Part shown: in pieces, positions 1 to 8,936 of the stretch | Position numbering within the stretch: position 1 is the stretch's first letter | Layout of the letters: each line of letters begins with the position of its first letter | Assembly: GCA_035278885.1 (NCBI GenBank) | Contig: DATEIR010000004.1 | Coordinates: 5,262-69,261 of the forward strand | Source: Gemmatimonadales bacterium | GTDB taxonomy: Bacteria > Gemmatimonadota > Gemmatimonadetes > Gemmatimonadales > GWC2-71-9 | Direction of reading: 5' to 3' | Length of the DNA stretch: 64,000 nucleotides | The notes under the pieces: model-generated | What the model saw: the letters and a program-made list of their open reading frames with translations, nothing else | Told to the model about the DNA's origin: nothing | The model's database searches: none | Program-made: the position numbers and the translations under genes

Positions 1-158
1 GGTATCGCACGCTCACCCTGTGGACCAATTCGGTGCTGGATTCGGCGCGGCACCTGTACCAGCAGGCCGGCTTCCGGATGGTGGGGACCGAGCGACACCG
101 CAGCTTCGGCCACGACCTCACGTCGGAAACGTGGGAGCTGGCGCTGGCGCGCGAATAG
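1..158 (+). CDS. C-terminal fragment of a GNAT acetyltransferase (probably a MarR-HTH/GNAT fusion); 5' end outside the window
   Basis: Frame from nt 3 reads YRTLTLWTNSVLDSARHLYQQAGFRMVGTERHRSFGHDLTSETWELALARE*, matching the typical LWTNxVLxxARHLYxxxGF...SFGHDL end. Not in the ORF track. Confidence 0.8.
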   Translation, partial: YRTLTLWTNSVLDSARHLYQQAGFRMVGTERHRSFGHDLTSETWELALARE

Positions 159-159
159 C

Positions 160-711
160 TCAGCCGTTCTCTTCGGTATTCTCCACGAAAGTCCCGCAGG
201 TCGCCGTGAGCCGGATCGGCGTGCCGGCGCCGTCCACACCGTCCACCACGATGGCGCCGCCGCCACCCGTGAGCCGCACCTCGGTGGCCGCCCGGCCGAA
301 CCGCTCACCCTGAGGCAGCGTCGCGATGCGGTGGCTCGTCTCGCCGATCTCGAGCCACATCGTCGTCTGCGTCCCGCTGCCGTCCTTGAGGCGCCAGGCG
401 GTCAGGTTCAGATGCCGCAGCGCCCCGTCGCCGGCGAAGCGGGCGGAATACATCGCGGTGGGAGCCTCGTAGACCGTGCCGTCGGGCTCGACGACACACT
501 CGCCGGTTCCGGAGCCGGTGTAGCGGCGGCCCCCGACCTCTGCGACGATGGTGAGCCGAACCCCGCCAGGGGCGGTGCCGCGGCTCGCGGCGCCCATGGT
601 CTCACCGCCGGACACGACGGCGCCGGAACGGAATGGCTCTGACGCCGGGGCGTCGGTGCAGGCCGCCAGCAGGGTCGCTCCGGCCAGTCCGGCCAGCAGC
701 ACTCGGTGCAT
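160..711 (-). CDS. hypothetical lipoprotein
   Basis: MHRVLLAGLAGATLLAAC lipobox; GAGGAG SD upstream of ATG 711. Confidence 0.7.
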   Translation of the reverse strand: MHRVLLAGLAGATLLAACTDAPASEPFRSGAVVSGGETMGAASRGTAPGGVRLTIVAEVGGRRYTGSGTGECVVEPDGTVYEAPTAMYSARFAGDGALRHLNLTAWRLKDGSGTQTTMWLEIGETSHRIATLPQGERFGRAATEVRLTGGGGAIVVDGVDGAGTPIRLTATCGTFVENTEENG

Positions 712-782
712 CGTCTCCTCCGAACAAGCGGGTCGTGAGTAAGTCACTTGCCCGGTTAGACGCTATGCTCCCGGGGCTCTTC

Positions 783-1391
783 TCACCGGGAGGAGGTCGT
801 GAGGGCGGAAGGGGGCCAGGCCGCCAGGGCCGCCTCGGCGTCGCCGCGCCGGAGCTCCCAGACCATGGTGGGGGCCACCTCGCCGTCGGAATACGGCACC
901 GGCTCGAGCGACGTTCGCAGCAGGCGGTACCCCAACCGCTCGGCCACCATGAAGCTGGGGCGATTGTCCGGATCGCAGCGGATCTCGATCCGCTCGATCC
1001 CCTGCATCGCGAGCCCGATCCGGGTGAGCGCGGCGGAGGCCTCGGTGGCATATCCCCGGCCGGTGCACTCGTTGCGCAGCCAGTAGCCCAGCTCCAGCGC
1101 GCCCGGACCCACGCGGGAGAGGAGCGACGCGCCGCCCAGCACTTCGCCGCTCGAGCGCAGGAAGATCCCGCAGGCCCAGTTGATGCCGGCCGCGAACTCG
1201 GCCTGGAACCGGGCCAGGCGCTCCGCGATCACCGGAAGGTCGCTGGGCTCCTGCTTGGCCCAGGCCATCCACCGCTGCAGCTCGGCCAGGCTGCCGTCGA
1301 TCGCGGCTTTGAGCGCCGGCGCATCGGGAGGCGCCCATCCTCTGATGAGGAGGCGGGCGGTGTGCCACCCGCCCGCTGCCGGGCCGCTCAC
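783..1391 (-). CDS. RimJ/RimL-type GNAT N-acetyltransferase
   Basis: ELGYWL..GRGYATEA..IEIRCDPDNRPS..AERLGY motifs; GTG start overlaps upstream stop (GTGA). Confidence 0.85.
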   Translation of the reverse strand: MSGPAAGGWHTARLLIRGWAPPDAPALKAAIDGSLAELQRWMAWAKQEPSDLPVIAERLARFQAEFAAGINWACGIFLRSSGEVLGGASLLSRVGPGALELGYWLRNECTGRGYATEASAALTRIGLAMQGIERIEIRCDPDNRPSFMVAERLGYRLLRTSLEPVPYSDGEVAPTMVWELRRGDAEAALAAWPPSALTTSSR

Positions 1392-1717
1392 GCGGGCTCG
1401 ACCACCACCGCGGTCCCGTAGCAGAGCACCTCCGTCACGCCCGACATGATCTCGGTCGCATCGTAGCGGATCCCTACCACCGCGTTGGCGCCCACTTTCT
1501 GAGCATGGGCGAGCAGGATGTCGAACGCATCGGCGCGAGCCTGCTCGCACATGCCGGTCAGCATCGAGATGTGACCGCCGAACAGGGTCTCCACCTTGGC
1601 GCCGATGGTGCCGAAGATGGAGCGCGAGCGCACCGTCACCCCGCGGACCAGTCCCAGTGTCTCGACGATGCGATAACCGGGAAGCTCGAACGTGGTGGAA
1701 GTCATCGTTTCATCCAT
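1388..1717 (-). CDS. YbjQ/UPF0145 family protein
   Basis: LGLVRG..GANAVVGIRYD..EVLCYGTAV. Confidence 0.9.
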   Translation of the reverse strand: MDETMTSTTFELPGYRIVETLGLVRGVTVRSRSIFGTIGAKVETLFGGHISMLTGMCEQARADAFDILLAHAQKVGANAVVGIRYDATEIMSGVTEVLCYGTAVVVEPA

Positions 1718-3032
1718 GGGTAGTCCTCGCGACTCGGGAGCGCCGGGCCCAGTAGGCGTAGACCGGCACGCCCAGCGCGATCAAGAGCGTGCCCAGCGCG
1801 GCGTTCCGGGGATTGGCTGCGATCGCGCTGACCACCACGTACGCGGCGGCGAGCACGAAGAGGGCGGGAGTGACAGGGTAGCCCGGGGCGCGGAAGCCGG
1901 TGGGCGGGGCACCCCGGTCCCGCCGCCGGTAGACGAAGAGGCCGGCCACGGTAAGGCCGAAGAAGATCCAGTCACCGAAGGTCACGTAGTCCACCAGCTG
2001 CGCGAAGCTGCCCGAGAGGATGAGCAGGATCGCCCACGCCGCCTGGAGGAGAATGGCCGCGGTGGGGGTCTGGTAGACGGGGTGCAGCCGGGCCAATCGG
2101 GGCAGGAAGACGCCGTCCGCGGCCATCGCCTGAAAGACCCGCGGCGTCACCAGGATCACCAGGTTGAGGAAGCCGAAGGAGGACACCGCGATGCCTGCCG
2201 CGATCACGCCGGCGCCCCGGGGGCCGAGCAGCCGCTCCATCACTTCCGCGGCGGGCGCGGTACTGGCCGCCAACCCGCCGAGGCCGAGCACCCGGAGGTA
2301 CGCCAGATTGGCCGAGAGGTACACGGCGACCACGATAACCACGCCAAGCACGAGGGCGCGCGGCAGGGTGCGCTCCGGCTCGACGATTTCCTCCGCGATG
2401 AAGTTGGTCTGCTGCCAGCCGCCATAGGTGAAGAGCACCGGGACCAGGGCGGCCCCGAAGGCGACGACCGGGTTGCCATGCGCCACCGGCTCGGAGACCG
2501 GGGCCGCGGGGGCGGCCCAGCCCAGGCCCACGCCGACCAGTAGTGCCAGGGCCAGCAGCTTGAGCACGGTGAACAGGTTCTGGGTGACCGCGCCGGGCCG
2601 TACACCGAGGTAATTGATGGCCGAGAGCAGCACGACGCTGCCCACCGCCAGCGGAAGCTCCCACCCGTCGGGAAGCCCGAGCAGCGCGAGGGTGTAGTCG
2701 GCGAACAGCACCGCCACCGCGGCGATGGCGCCGGTGGCGATCACCAGCAGGAGGGTCCACCCGTACAGGAAGGCGGGGAGCGGGCCGAAAGTCTCCCGCA
2801 GGTAGACGTACCCGCCGCCGGCCCGCGGCCGCCGGGCGCCGAGCTCGCCGAAGCAGAAGGCCCCGGCGAGTGCCACCGCTCCTCCCGTGATCCAGACGGC
2901 CAATGTGAGCCCGACGCTGCCGGCGCGCTCCGCCACCGCGGCCGGGGTGCGGAAGATCCCCCCGCCGATGATGCCGCCCACCACCGCCATGGTCCCGGAA
3001 AAAAGCCCGAGCCGGCGGGCGTAGCCGGTCAT
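1710..3032 (-). CDS. APC family amino acid permease
   Basis: GGIIGGGIF, ELGARRPRAGGGYVYL, FTYGGW; about 12 hydrophobic segments. Confidence 0.9.
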   Translation of the reverse strand: MTGYARRLGLFSGTMAVVGGIIGGGIFRTPAAVAERAGSVGLTLAVWITGGAVALAGAFCFGELGARRPRAGGGYVYLRETFGPLPAFLYGWTLLLVIATGAIAAVAVLFADYTLALLGLPDGWELPLAVGSVVLLSAINYLGVRPGAVTQNLFTVLKLLALALLVGVGLGWAAPAAPVSEPVAHGNPVVAFGAALVPVLFTYGGWQQTNFIAEEIVEPERTLPRALVLGVVIVVAVYLSANLAYLRVLGLGGLAASTAPAAEVMERLLGPRGAGVIAAGIAVSSFGFLNLVILVTPRVFQAMAADGVFLPRLARLHPVYQTPTAAILLQAAWAILLILSGSFAQLVDYVTFGDWIFFGLTVAGLFVYRRRDRGAPPTGFRAPGYPVTPALFVLAAAYVVVSAIAANPRNAALGTLLIALGVPVYAYWARRSRVARTTHG

Positions 3033-3039
3033 GCCCGGC

Positions 3040-3681
3040 TCACAGATCGGCCAGGATCCGCGACTTCACCTGCTCGAATTCGGCGTCGGTCATCAAGCCC
3101 TGCTGCAGCATCTCCCGCGCACGCTGCAGCCGCGCCGCCGGCGCTCGGCCGTCGTCGGCGCCGGGTCCGGAGACCGGTGCGGAGCCCGCGAGCTGGATGC
3201 CGCCCGACTTGGCCCGCAGCTCCTCGAGATCCCGCACCCGGCGCTTCTCGCGCCAGGCCTGCTCCTGAGCCTGGCAGGTGCGGTAGACCGCCTGGGCCTC
3301 GAGCTTCCGGAGCCCGGGAAAGACGAGCGTGCGGGCGGTGCCGGGTGACGCGCTCGCCAGGTCGGTGCTGGCGTAGGCGGTTACCGTGAGGGTGGCGCCC
3401 ACGATGCCGACCCGGAGCTGGGCGTCGTCCAGGTCCTGCCAGCGGATGTCCTCGGTGCTGAAGCCGCCGAAGAGGCCGCGCTCGACCGACAGGAGCCGGC
3501 CGCTGGTGGCGGCCACGAGGCGGCGGCGGTGGGTGAGCGCGAAGAGGCGGTGCTGCACCGCCCAGCTGGTGAGCTCCTCACCCGGAATCAGCAGGGTCCG
3601 AAGCGCATCGAGGGCGCGGGTCGCGCCGTGGTCGTCGGAGCCGGAGGATGAAGCGGGAGCGGGCTCGGTGGCGGAGGACAT
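3040..3681 (-). CDS. bacterial PH-domain protein with C-terminal SHOCT-like domain
   Basis: LIPGEE..VAATSGRLL..DIRWQD; C-terminus LQRAREMLQQGLMTDAEFEQVKSRIL. Confidence 0.7.
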   Translation of the reverse strand: MSSATEPAPASSSGSDDHGATRALDALRTLLIPGEELTSWAVQHRLFALTHRRRLVAATSGRLLSVERGLFGGFSTEDIRWQDLDDAQLRVGIVGATLTVTAYASTDLASASPGTARTLVFPGLRKLEAQAVYRTCQAQEQAWREKRRVRDLEELRAKSGGIQLAGSAPVSGPGADDGRAPAARLQRAREMLQQGLMTDAEFEQVKSRILADL

Positions 3682-3717
3682 CGGACGAGCTCCTGGTGCG
3701 GGTGCACCCAATGATAT

Positions 3718-4185
3718 CTAAAAGCGCGCGCAGGCGGCGAGTCGCTCGCGCAGCACCGCCTCCTGGTGAAAGCGGCGCATGTATTCGTCGGTCAGGGCGC
3801 GGACCGCGTCTCGGGAAGCCTCGTCGGCGGGATGCAAAAGGGTCAGCACCTCGGTGCGCTCCCGCTCCACGACCCCGCTGGCGCCGCGCCAGCGTCCCTC
3901 GGCCTCGACCACGGTGAACCCGGCCGGAAAGCGCGGCGTCACGACCGAGTCGAGGTACCCCTCCCACTCGGCGTCGCTCACGGTGCCGCCGTCGGGCCGA
4001 TTGCGTCCGAAGTAGACGACGTCACGCACCATCGCGGTGTCGCCCGCCTCACAACGGACCGCCGCCGTGGCCGGAGCGTCGGCCGGGGTCGGATCCGCCT
4101 TGGGAGTGACGGCCGGGGCGCAGGCTTGCCCTCCGGTCAGCAGGACGAGAGCCCAGGAGAATCTGAAGGACGGGAATGCGAACAT
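3718..4185 (-). CDS. DUF3574 family protein (probable lipoprotein)
   Basis: YFGRNRPDGGTVSDAEW..VVTPRFPAGFTV..GRW..FHQEAVL; start moved to MFAFP. Confidence 0.8.
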   Translation of the reverse strand: MFAFPSFRFSWALVLLTGGQACAPAVTPKADPTPADAPATAAVRCEAGDTAMVRDVVYFGRNRPDGGTVSDAEWEGYLDSVVTPRFPAGFTVVEAEGRWRGASGVVERERTEVLTLLHPADEASRDAVRALTDEYMRRFHQEAVLRERLAACARF

Positions 4186-4345
4186 ACGATGCTCCCCGGA
4201 AGAAGGTGTCCGCCCGACGACCGGCGCGCCAGACGGGTCCCGATGGTCAACCGGGCTGGGTGTGATCTGCGACCTAGTCCACCCGAGGGGCATCCCGTAG
4301 GTTCGCGGAATCACGGACAGCCCCACCCGCACCGGGAGCGCAGGC

Positions 4346-4666
4346 ATGCACAAGATTCTCTTCCTGGCAGCGGCCGCGGCGACGATCGCGGCCTGCCACA
4401 ACCGGAACGAAGACCAGGCAGGCCCCGCGCCCAGCGCGGCCGACACCGCCGCGACCACGCACGTCATCGATTCAACCCGCACCGGCCCGCCGGGCACCGC
4501 CGGGCGTCCGCCAGCGGCCACCGTCACCCCCGACAGCGTGGGGATTCCCGACAGCGCGGCCCGGGTAGATACGGTCTCGACCAGTCCGTCGCCGACCTCG
4601 GTGCCCCAGGACACTTTGGGTCCCCGCACCGACAGCACGATGACCGACACGACGAGCTCCCGGTGA
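4346..4666 (+). CDS. small low-complexity Thr/Ser/Asp/Pro-rich lipoprotein
   Basis: GGGAG SD; MHKILFLAAAAATIAAC lipobox. Confidence 0.7.
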   Translation: MHKILFLAAAAATIAACHNRNEDQAGPAPSAADTAATTHVIDSTRTGPPGTAGRPPAATVTPDSVGIPDSAARVDTVSTSPSPTSVPQDTLGPRTDSTMTDTTSSR

Positions 4667-4830
4667 GGAGCGGCTTCCTGCTCGGCCTCGTCGCGGTACT
4701 CGCGGGCTGCGGTGGTGGCCACCGGGATCAACCCAGTCCGGAGGGCACGCCGGCCATGGACAGCGCGATGACGACGGTGCACGACAGCGGGAGCCCTCAG
4801 GACACCACGGTCAGCGATACCACGCCCTGA
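4663..4830 (+). CDS. 55-aa lipoprotein
   Basis: GTG overlaps upstream TGA; MRSGFLLGLVAVLAGC lipobox; it is the 3' end of track ORF 3766..4830. Confidence 0.6.
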   Translation: MRSGFLLGLVAVLAGCGGGHRDQPSPEGTPAMDSAMTTVHDSGSPQDTTVSDTTP

Positions 4831-4899
4831 AGTCGCTTCGCAGGCGCTGGTGGTGAGCCGGAACAGGATGGACCTGTTCCGGCTCACTCGCTTATGCGC

Positions 4900-6303
4900 C
4901 TAGAAGTCGTACCAGTCCACGAACGCCGCTCGGCCCTCGGCCGTGTAGTCCACCTCCACCAGGGACGCGGCGTCTCTTCCGCGGCCCGCGGCGTAGCAGA
5001 TGCGCTGAATGGCCGAGCCGAGACGCTCCAGATGCCGGGCGGCCACCTCATCGCAGCCCTGCCAGGTCCATTCCCGCGGTGGACGCACCAGCTCGGCAAG
5101 CTCGTCCCGGAACTCCGGCGACACGAAGCGCGAGAGTCCGGGGGTGACCCCGCCGACCCTGCCGGACGTGATCTCCCGCAGCAGGTCCGGGATCGGCTGC
5201 GCCGGCGGGGGGCCGGAGGGCGGCGCCGAGATCATCTGCGGCGGCTGGAGGGCCGGCTCGAGAATCCCGGCGACCGCGAGGGTGATGGCCTCCGGCCGCG
5301 CCTCGGCCAGGTTGGCCAGCGCGATCACGGTGAGATTCTGCTCGGGGTAGCGCTGGATGCTGGCCTTGAACCCCTGCCACGAGCCGGTGTGGCCGATGCG
5401 GGGGAAGCCGCGCTGCTGATCGAGCGACCAGCCGAAGCCGTAGGGATAGGTGCCGCCATCATTGAGCCGCACCGGCGTCCAGCTCTGCCGGAGACCGTCG
5501 GCGCCGGGGAAGCGGAGGTGGTTCAACCCGACCGCCCAACGGGCCAGGTCCAGCACCGTGAAATAGAGCGCGCCGTCGGCGGTGGTGTTGAGCTTCGGGG
5601 CCACCCACTCCTGGTGCTGCAGCCGTCCCTCGACCAGCCGATAGCCGTCGGCGCGGTTGGGGACGATGTCGCTCTCCGAGATGATGCGGGCGGTACGCAT
5701 GCCCAGCGGTTCGAACACCTGTGCGCGGAGCAGGTCACCGTAGAAGGTGCCGGTGATCCGATGGATGATGACGCCGAGCAGCACATAGCCGGTGTTGCTG
5801 TAGCTCCAGCGCGCGCCGGGCTCGAACCGCGGCGGCAGTCCGGAGGCCAGGCGCACCAGCTCGTCCTCGGTGTAGTCGTGCCGGTAGTCGAGCGTGCTGT
5901 CGGCGTAGTCGGGGATGCCCGACGTGTGGGTGAGGAGGTGTCGCACCGTGACCCGCCGCCATGCCGGCGGTCCTTCGGGCAGCCAGCGGCTGATCGGATC
6001 GTCGAGCCGAAGGCGACCTTCCTGGGCCAGCCGGAGCACCAGGGCCGAGGTGAACTGCTTTCCTACCGAGCCGGACTGGTACACGGTGCTGTCGGCGGCG
6101 GGCACGTGGTGCTCGACGTTGGCCTCGCCCCAGCCTCGCGCGAGGAGCAGGCTGTCGCCCCGGAGTACCGCGAGGGAGAGTCCGGGAATGCGCTGCCGCG
6201 CGACTTCACTACGCACATAGCGGTCGACCGAATCGAGCGGAGCAGTCACGGAGGGCGCCTGCGGCGCGGCTATGAGGAGAAGAGAGAGCAGCAACGGCGG
6301 CAT
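4900..6303 (-). CDS. serine hydrolase, beta-lactamase/AmpC-like (S12)
   Basis: SVGK (SxxK), YSN, LLTHTSG, HTG motifs; signal peptide MPPLLLSLLLIAA. Confidence 0.9.
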   Translation of the reverse strand: MPPLLLSLLLIAAPQAPSVTAPLDSVDRYVRSEVARQRIPGLSLAVLRGDSLLLARGWGEANVEHHVPAADSTVYQSGSVGKQFTSALVLRLAQEGRLRLDDPISRWLPEGPPAWRRVTVRHLLTHTSGIPDYADSTLDYRHDYTEDELVRLASGLPPRFEPGARWSYSNTGYVLLGVIIHRITGTFYGDLLRAQVFEPLGMRTARIISESDIVPNRADGYRLVEGRLQHQEWVAPKLNTTADGALYFTVLDLARWAVGLNHLRFPGADGLRQSWTPVRLNDGGTYPYGFGWSLDQQRGFPRIGHTGSWQGFKASIQRYPEQNLTVIALANLAEARPEAITLAVAGILEPALQPPQMISAPPSGPPPAQPIPDLLREITSGRVGGVTPGLSRFVSPEFRDELAELVRPPREWTWQGCDEVAARHLERLGSAIQRICYAAGRGRDAASLVEVDYTAEGRAAFVDWYDF

Positions 6304-6306
6304 GGA

Positions 6307-6335
6307 TTGACTTTCGGTATTTCTTCGGTTACGAT
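6307..6335 (+). promoter_or_regulatory. sigma70-type promoter of the radical SAM gene with a TTCGGT direct repeat in the spacer
   Basis: TTGACT (6307-12), 17 nt, TACGAT (6330-35); spacer = TTCGGTatttcTTCGGT. Confidence 0.7.
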
Positions 6336-6361
6336 GGAGCGGGGTCTTCGGAGGATGCGCA

Positions 6362-7621
6362 ATGATACGGGTGCCGGATCTGGAGCAGAAGCTTGGCGCG
6401 CTCATGTCGCTGGCCGCGGCCGACCGCGAGGGACTGCCGCCGCGGCTCCGAAACGCCGGCAGTGTGGGCGCGCTCCGTCCGCTCAACATCCGGACCCTGC
6501 AAACCGGCCCGGGTGCGCGCACCTCGCTGTTGCGCATCCTCATGACCAACGCCTGCACCTTCAACTGTCACTACTGTCCCATGCGGCGGGATCGCAACAT
6601 GCCGCGCACGCTGCTCAAGCCCGAAGAACTGGTGCGCATCTTCCTCGATGCCCGCCGGAGGGGCTGGGTGCAAGGGCTCTTCATCACCACGGGCATTCCG
6701 GGGCGCCCGGTGCACGTCATGGACGATCTGATCCGCGCCCTCGAGCTGCTCCGCCGCACCCATCGCTTCGGCGGGTACATCCACGTCAAGCTGGTCCCGG
6801 GGGCGGAAACGGCCCAGATCGAGCGGGTCACCGCTCTTGCCAGTCGAGTCTCGCTCAACTTCGAGGCTCCCTGCGGCGCCAGTCTGGCGCGCATCGCGCC
6901 GGACAAGAGCTTCGACACCACGCTGGGCGATTTCGAGCAGGTCCGCCGGCTGGTGGTGCATGAGCGGCAGGAGCGGTCCCACGGTCGTCCCGTCGATCCG
7001 CTGCACCCGGGCGGCGCGTCGGGCATGACCATGCAGTTCGTGGTCGGCGCCAGCCCGGACACCGACCAGGGCATCCTCTCCACGGTCAGCCGGCTGCGGG
7101 CCGCTGGCGGCGTGCACCATGCGCATTTCAGTGCCTTCCGGCCCATCAGCGACACCCCGATGGAGCACGCGCCGGCCACCCCGGTGCTGCGGGAGCACCG
7201 CCTCTACCAGGCCGAGCATCTGCTCCGCACCTATGGCTTCGGGGCAGACGAGGTCGTCTACGGACCCGAGGGCAATCTGCCCCTCAATGTCGATCCCAAG
7301 AGCGCCTGGGCCCTGTCCCATCCCGAGCGATTCCCGGTCGAGGTCACCACGGCCTCGTCGGAGGAGCTGCTGCGAGTCCCCGGCATCGGGCCCGTCGCCG
7401 CCGGCCGTATCGTCGAGCAGCGCGCCGGCACCAGGTTTCGCGGGCTCGCCGATCTCGCCAAGCTTGGCGTGGTCACCACGCGTGCGGGCGGCTTCCTGAC
7501 GCTGCGGGGCCGACGGCTGCAGACCGCGCGATGGACGGAGCAGCTCGGGTTCTGGGCTCCCGAAGACGAGGTCGGCACCCACCACGTGGTCTACAGCGTC
7601 AGTCCCGGCACCTTCCGCTGA
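6362..7621 (+). CDS. putative DNA modification/repair radical SAM protein with helix-hairpin-helix (TIGR03916-like)
   Basis: CTFNCHYC (CxxxCxxC), REHRLYQA, DPKSAWAL, ELLRVPGIGP HhH. Confidence 0.88.
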   Translation: MIRVPDLEQKLGALMSLAAADREGLPPRLRNAGSVGALRPLNIRTLQTGPGARTSLLRILMTNACTFNCHYCPMRRDRNMPRTLLKPEELVRIFLDARRRGWVQGLFITTGIPGRPVHVMDDLIRALELLRRTHRFGGYIHVKLVPGAETAQIERVTALASRVSLNFEAPCGASLARIAPDKSFDTTLGDFEQVRRLVVHERQERSHGRPVDPLHPGGASGMTMQFVVGASPDTDQGILSTVSRLRAAGGVHHAHFSAFRPISDTPMEHAPATPVLREHRLYQAEHLLRTYGFGADEVVYGPEGNLPLNVDPKSAWALSHPERFPVEVTTASSEELLRVPGIGPVAAGRIVEQRAGTRFRGLADLAKLGVVTTRAGGFLTLRGRRLQTARWTEQLGFWAPEDEVGTHHVVYSVSPGTFR

Positions 7622-7624
7622 TCC

Positions 7625-7647
7625 CGGCCGGGGTACTCGCCCGGCCG
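7625..7647 (+). terminator. hairpin after the radical SAM gene
   Basis: CGGCCGGG-N7-CCCGGCCG inverted repeat; no clear U-tract. Confidence 0.4.
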
Positions 7648-7661
7648 CCTATCTTCAATCC

Positions 7662-8936
7662 ATGCATGTGATCGTCGTGGGAGCCGGTCTCGCCGGGTTG
7701 TCCGCCGCGGGCGTTCTTCTGGACCGGGGCTGCGCGGTCACGGTGCTCGAGGCGCGGGATCGGATCGGCGGGCGAGTGTACCCGGCCGGCACCGCAGCTG
7801 GAGTGCCGGTCGAGCTGGGTCCGGAGTGGCTCTCCGACGACGGCGAGCTGCACCGCCTCCTGACCGGGGCCGGGGTCCGGCTGGTGCCGTCTCGGGGAGC
7901 GCGCTGGCGGCGGCGCGAGGGCCGGTGGGAGAACCAGGACGACCTGGCCGAGCGCAACGCCGAGCTGGTCGAGCGGATCCGGAAGCTCCCGGGCTCCGAC
8001 CACACCCTGGTGGACGCGCTCGCGGAGTGCTGCGCCGACATGTCTGACGACGACCGCGCTCGGCTGCTCGGCTACGTGCAGGGATTCCACGCCGCGGACC
8101 CCGCGACGTTGAGCGCCCGGTGGCTGGCGGAAGTCGAGGCCAAGGAGCCGGCCGAAGACTCGGACCTCCGCTCACTCGACGGGACAGCCCCGGCGCTGCA
8201 CGCGCTGGCGACCGCGCCGGTAAAGGCGGCGGTACGCCTCGGCGCCGAGGTCGCGGGCATTCGCTGGGCACCCGGACGAGTCGAGGTTCAAGTCCGCGGC
8301 GCACACGAGGCGCTCGTGGGCGATGCCGCGGTGGTGACCGTTCCGCTGCCGATCCTGCGCGAGCTACCGATCACCCCCGAGCTTCCCGAGCTCGCCGAGG
8401 CGGCCGCGCTGCTCCGGATGGGGCATGTGGTCAAGCTGGTGGTCCGCTTTGCCGAGCCGTTCTGGGCCGACCTCGTGCCCGGCGGCCCGATGCTCTTCCT
8501 TCAAGTCCCCGGCACGCCTCTGCCGGTGTGGTGGACCGCGCCGAAGGACGCTCCGCTGCTCACCGGCTGGGCCGGCGGCCCTGCCGCGGAGCGCCTGGCC
8601 GGCACGCCGGACGACGAGCTGCTGCGTCTGGCGGTCGGGTCGCTCGCGGCGGGGCTGGGCGTCGGGGAGGACCAGGTGAAGCGGCAGGTCCGGGAGCACC
8701 GGTGGCACGACTGGAGCTCGGATCGGTTCACCCGGGGCGCGTACAGCTACGTCGGCGTCGGGGGCACCCGGGCGCACGAGGTGCTGTCGCGCCCGGTGGC
8801 GCGAACCCTTTATTTCGCCGGCGAAGCCACCTGCGGCGAGGGCCTCAATGCGACGATGGAGGGCGCCCTCCGTTCCGGCCGCCGTGCGGCCGCCCAGCTT
8901 TTATCGAATCCAGCACCCGGCGCTGCTCGGGGGTGA
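7662..8936 (+). CDS. flavin monoamine oxidase family FAD-dependent oxidoreductase
   Basis: VVGAGLAGL, EARDRIGGR, GAYS, FAGEAT..MEGALRSG. Confidence 0.9.
   Translation: MHVIVVGAGLAGLSAAGVLLDRGCAVTVLEARDRIGGRVYPAGTAAGVPVELGPEWLSDDGELHRLLTGAGVRLVPSRGARWRRREGRWENQDDLAERNAELVERIRKLPGSDHTLVDALAECCADMSDDDRARLLGYVQGFHAADPATLSARWLAEVEAKEPAEDSDLRSLDGTAPALHALATAPVKAAVRLGAEVAGIRWAPGRVEVQVRGAHEALVGDAAVVTVPLPILRELPITPELPELAEAAALLRMGHVVKLVVRFAEPFWADLVPGGPMLFLQVPGTPLPVWWTAPKDAPLLTGWAGGPAAERLAGTPDDELLRLAVGSLAAGLGVGEDQVKRQVREHRWHDWSSDRFTRGAYSYVGVGGTRAHEVLSRPVARTLYFAGEATCGEGLNATMEGALRSGRRAAAQLLSNPAPGAARG

Noticed and set aside
4894..6963. 689-aa plus-strand ORF
   Set aside because: Antisense to the serine hydrolase and out of frame with the radical SAM gene.
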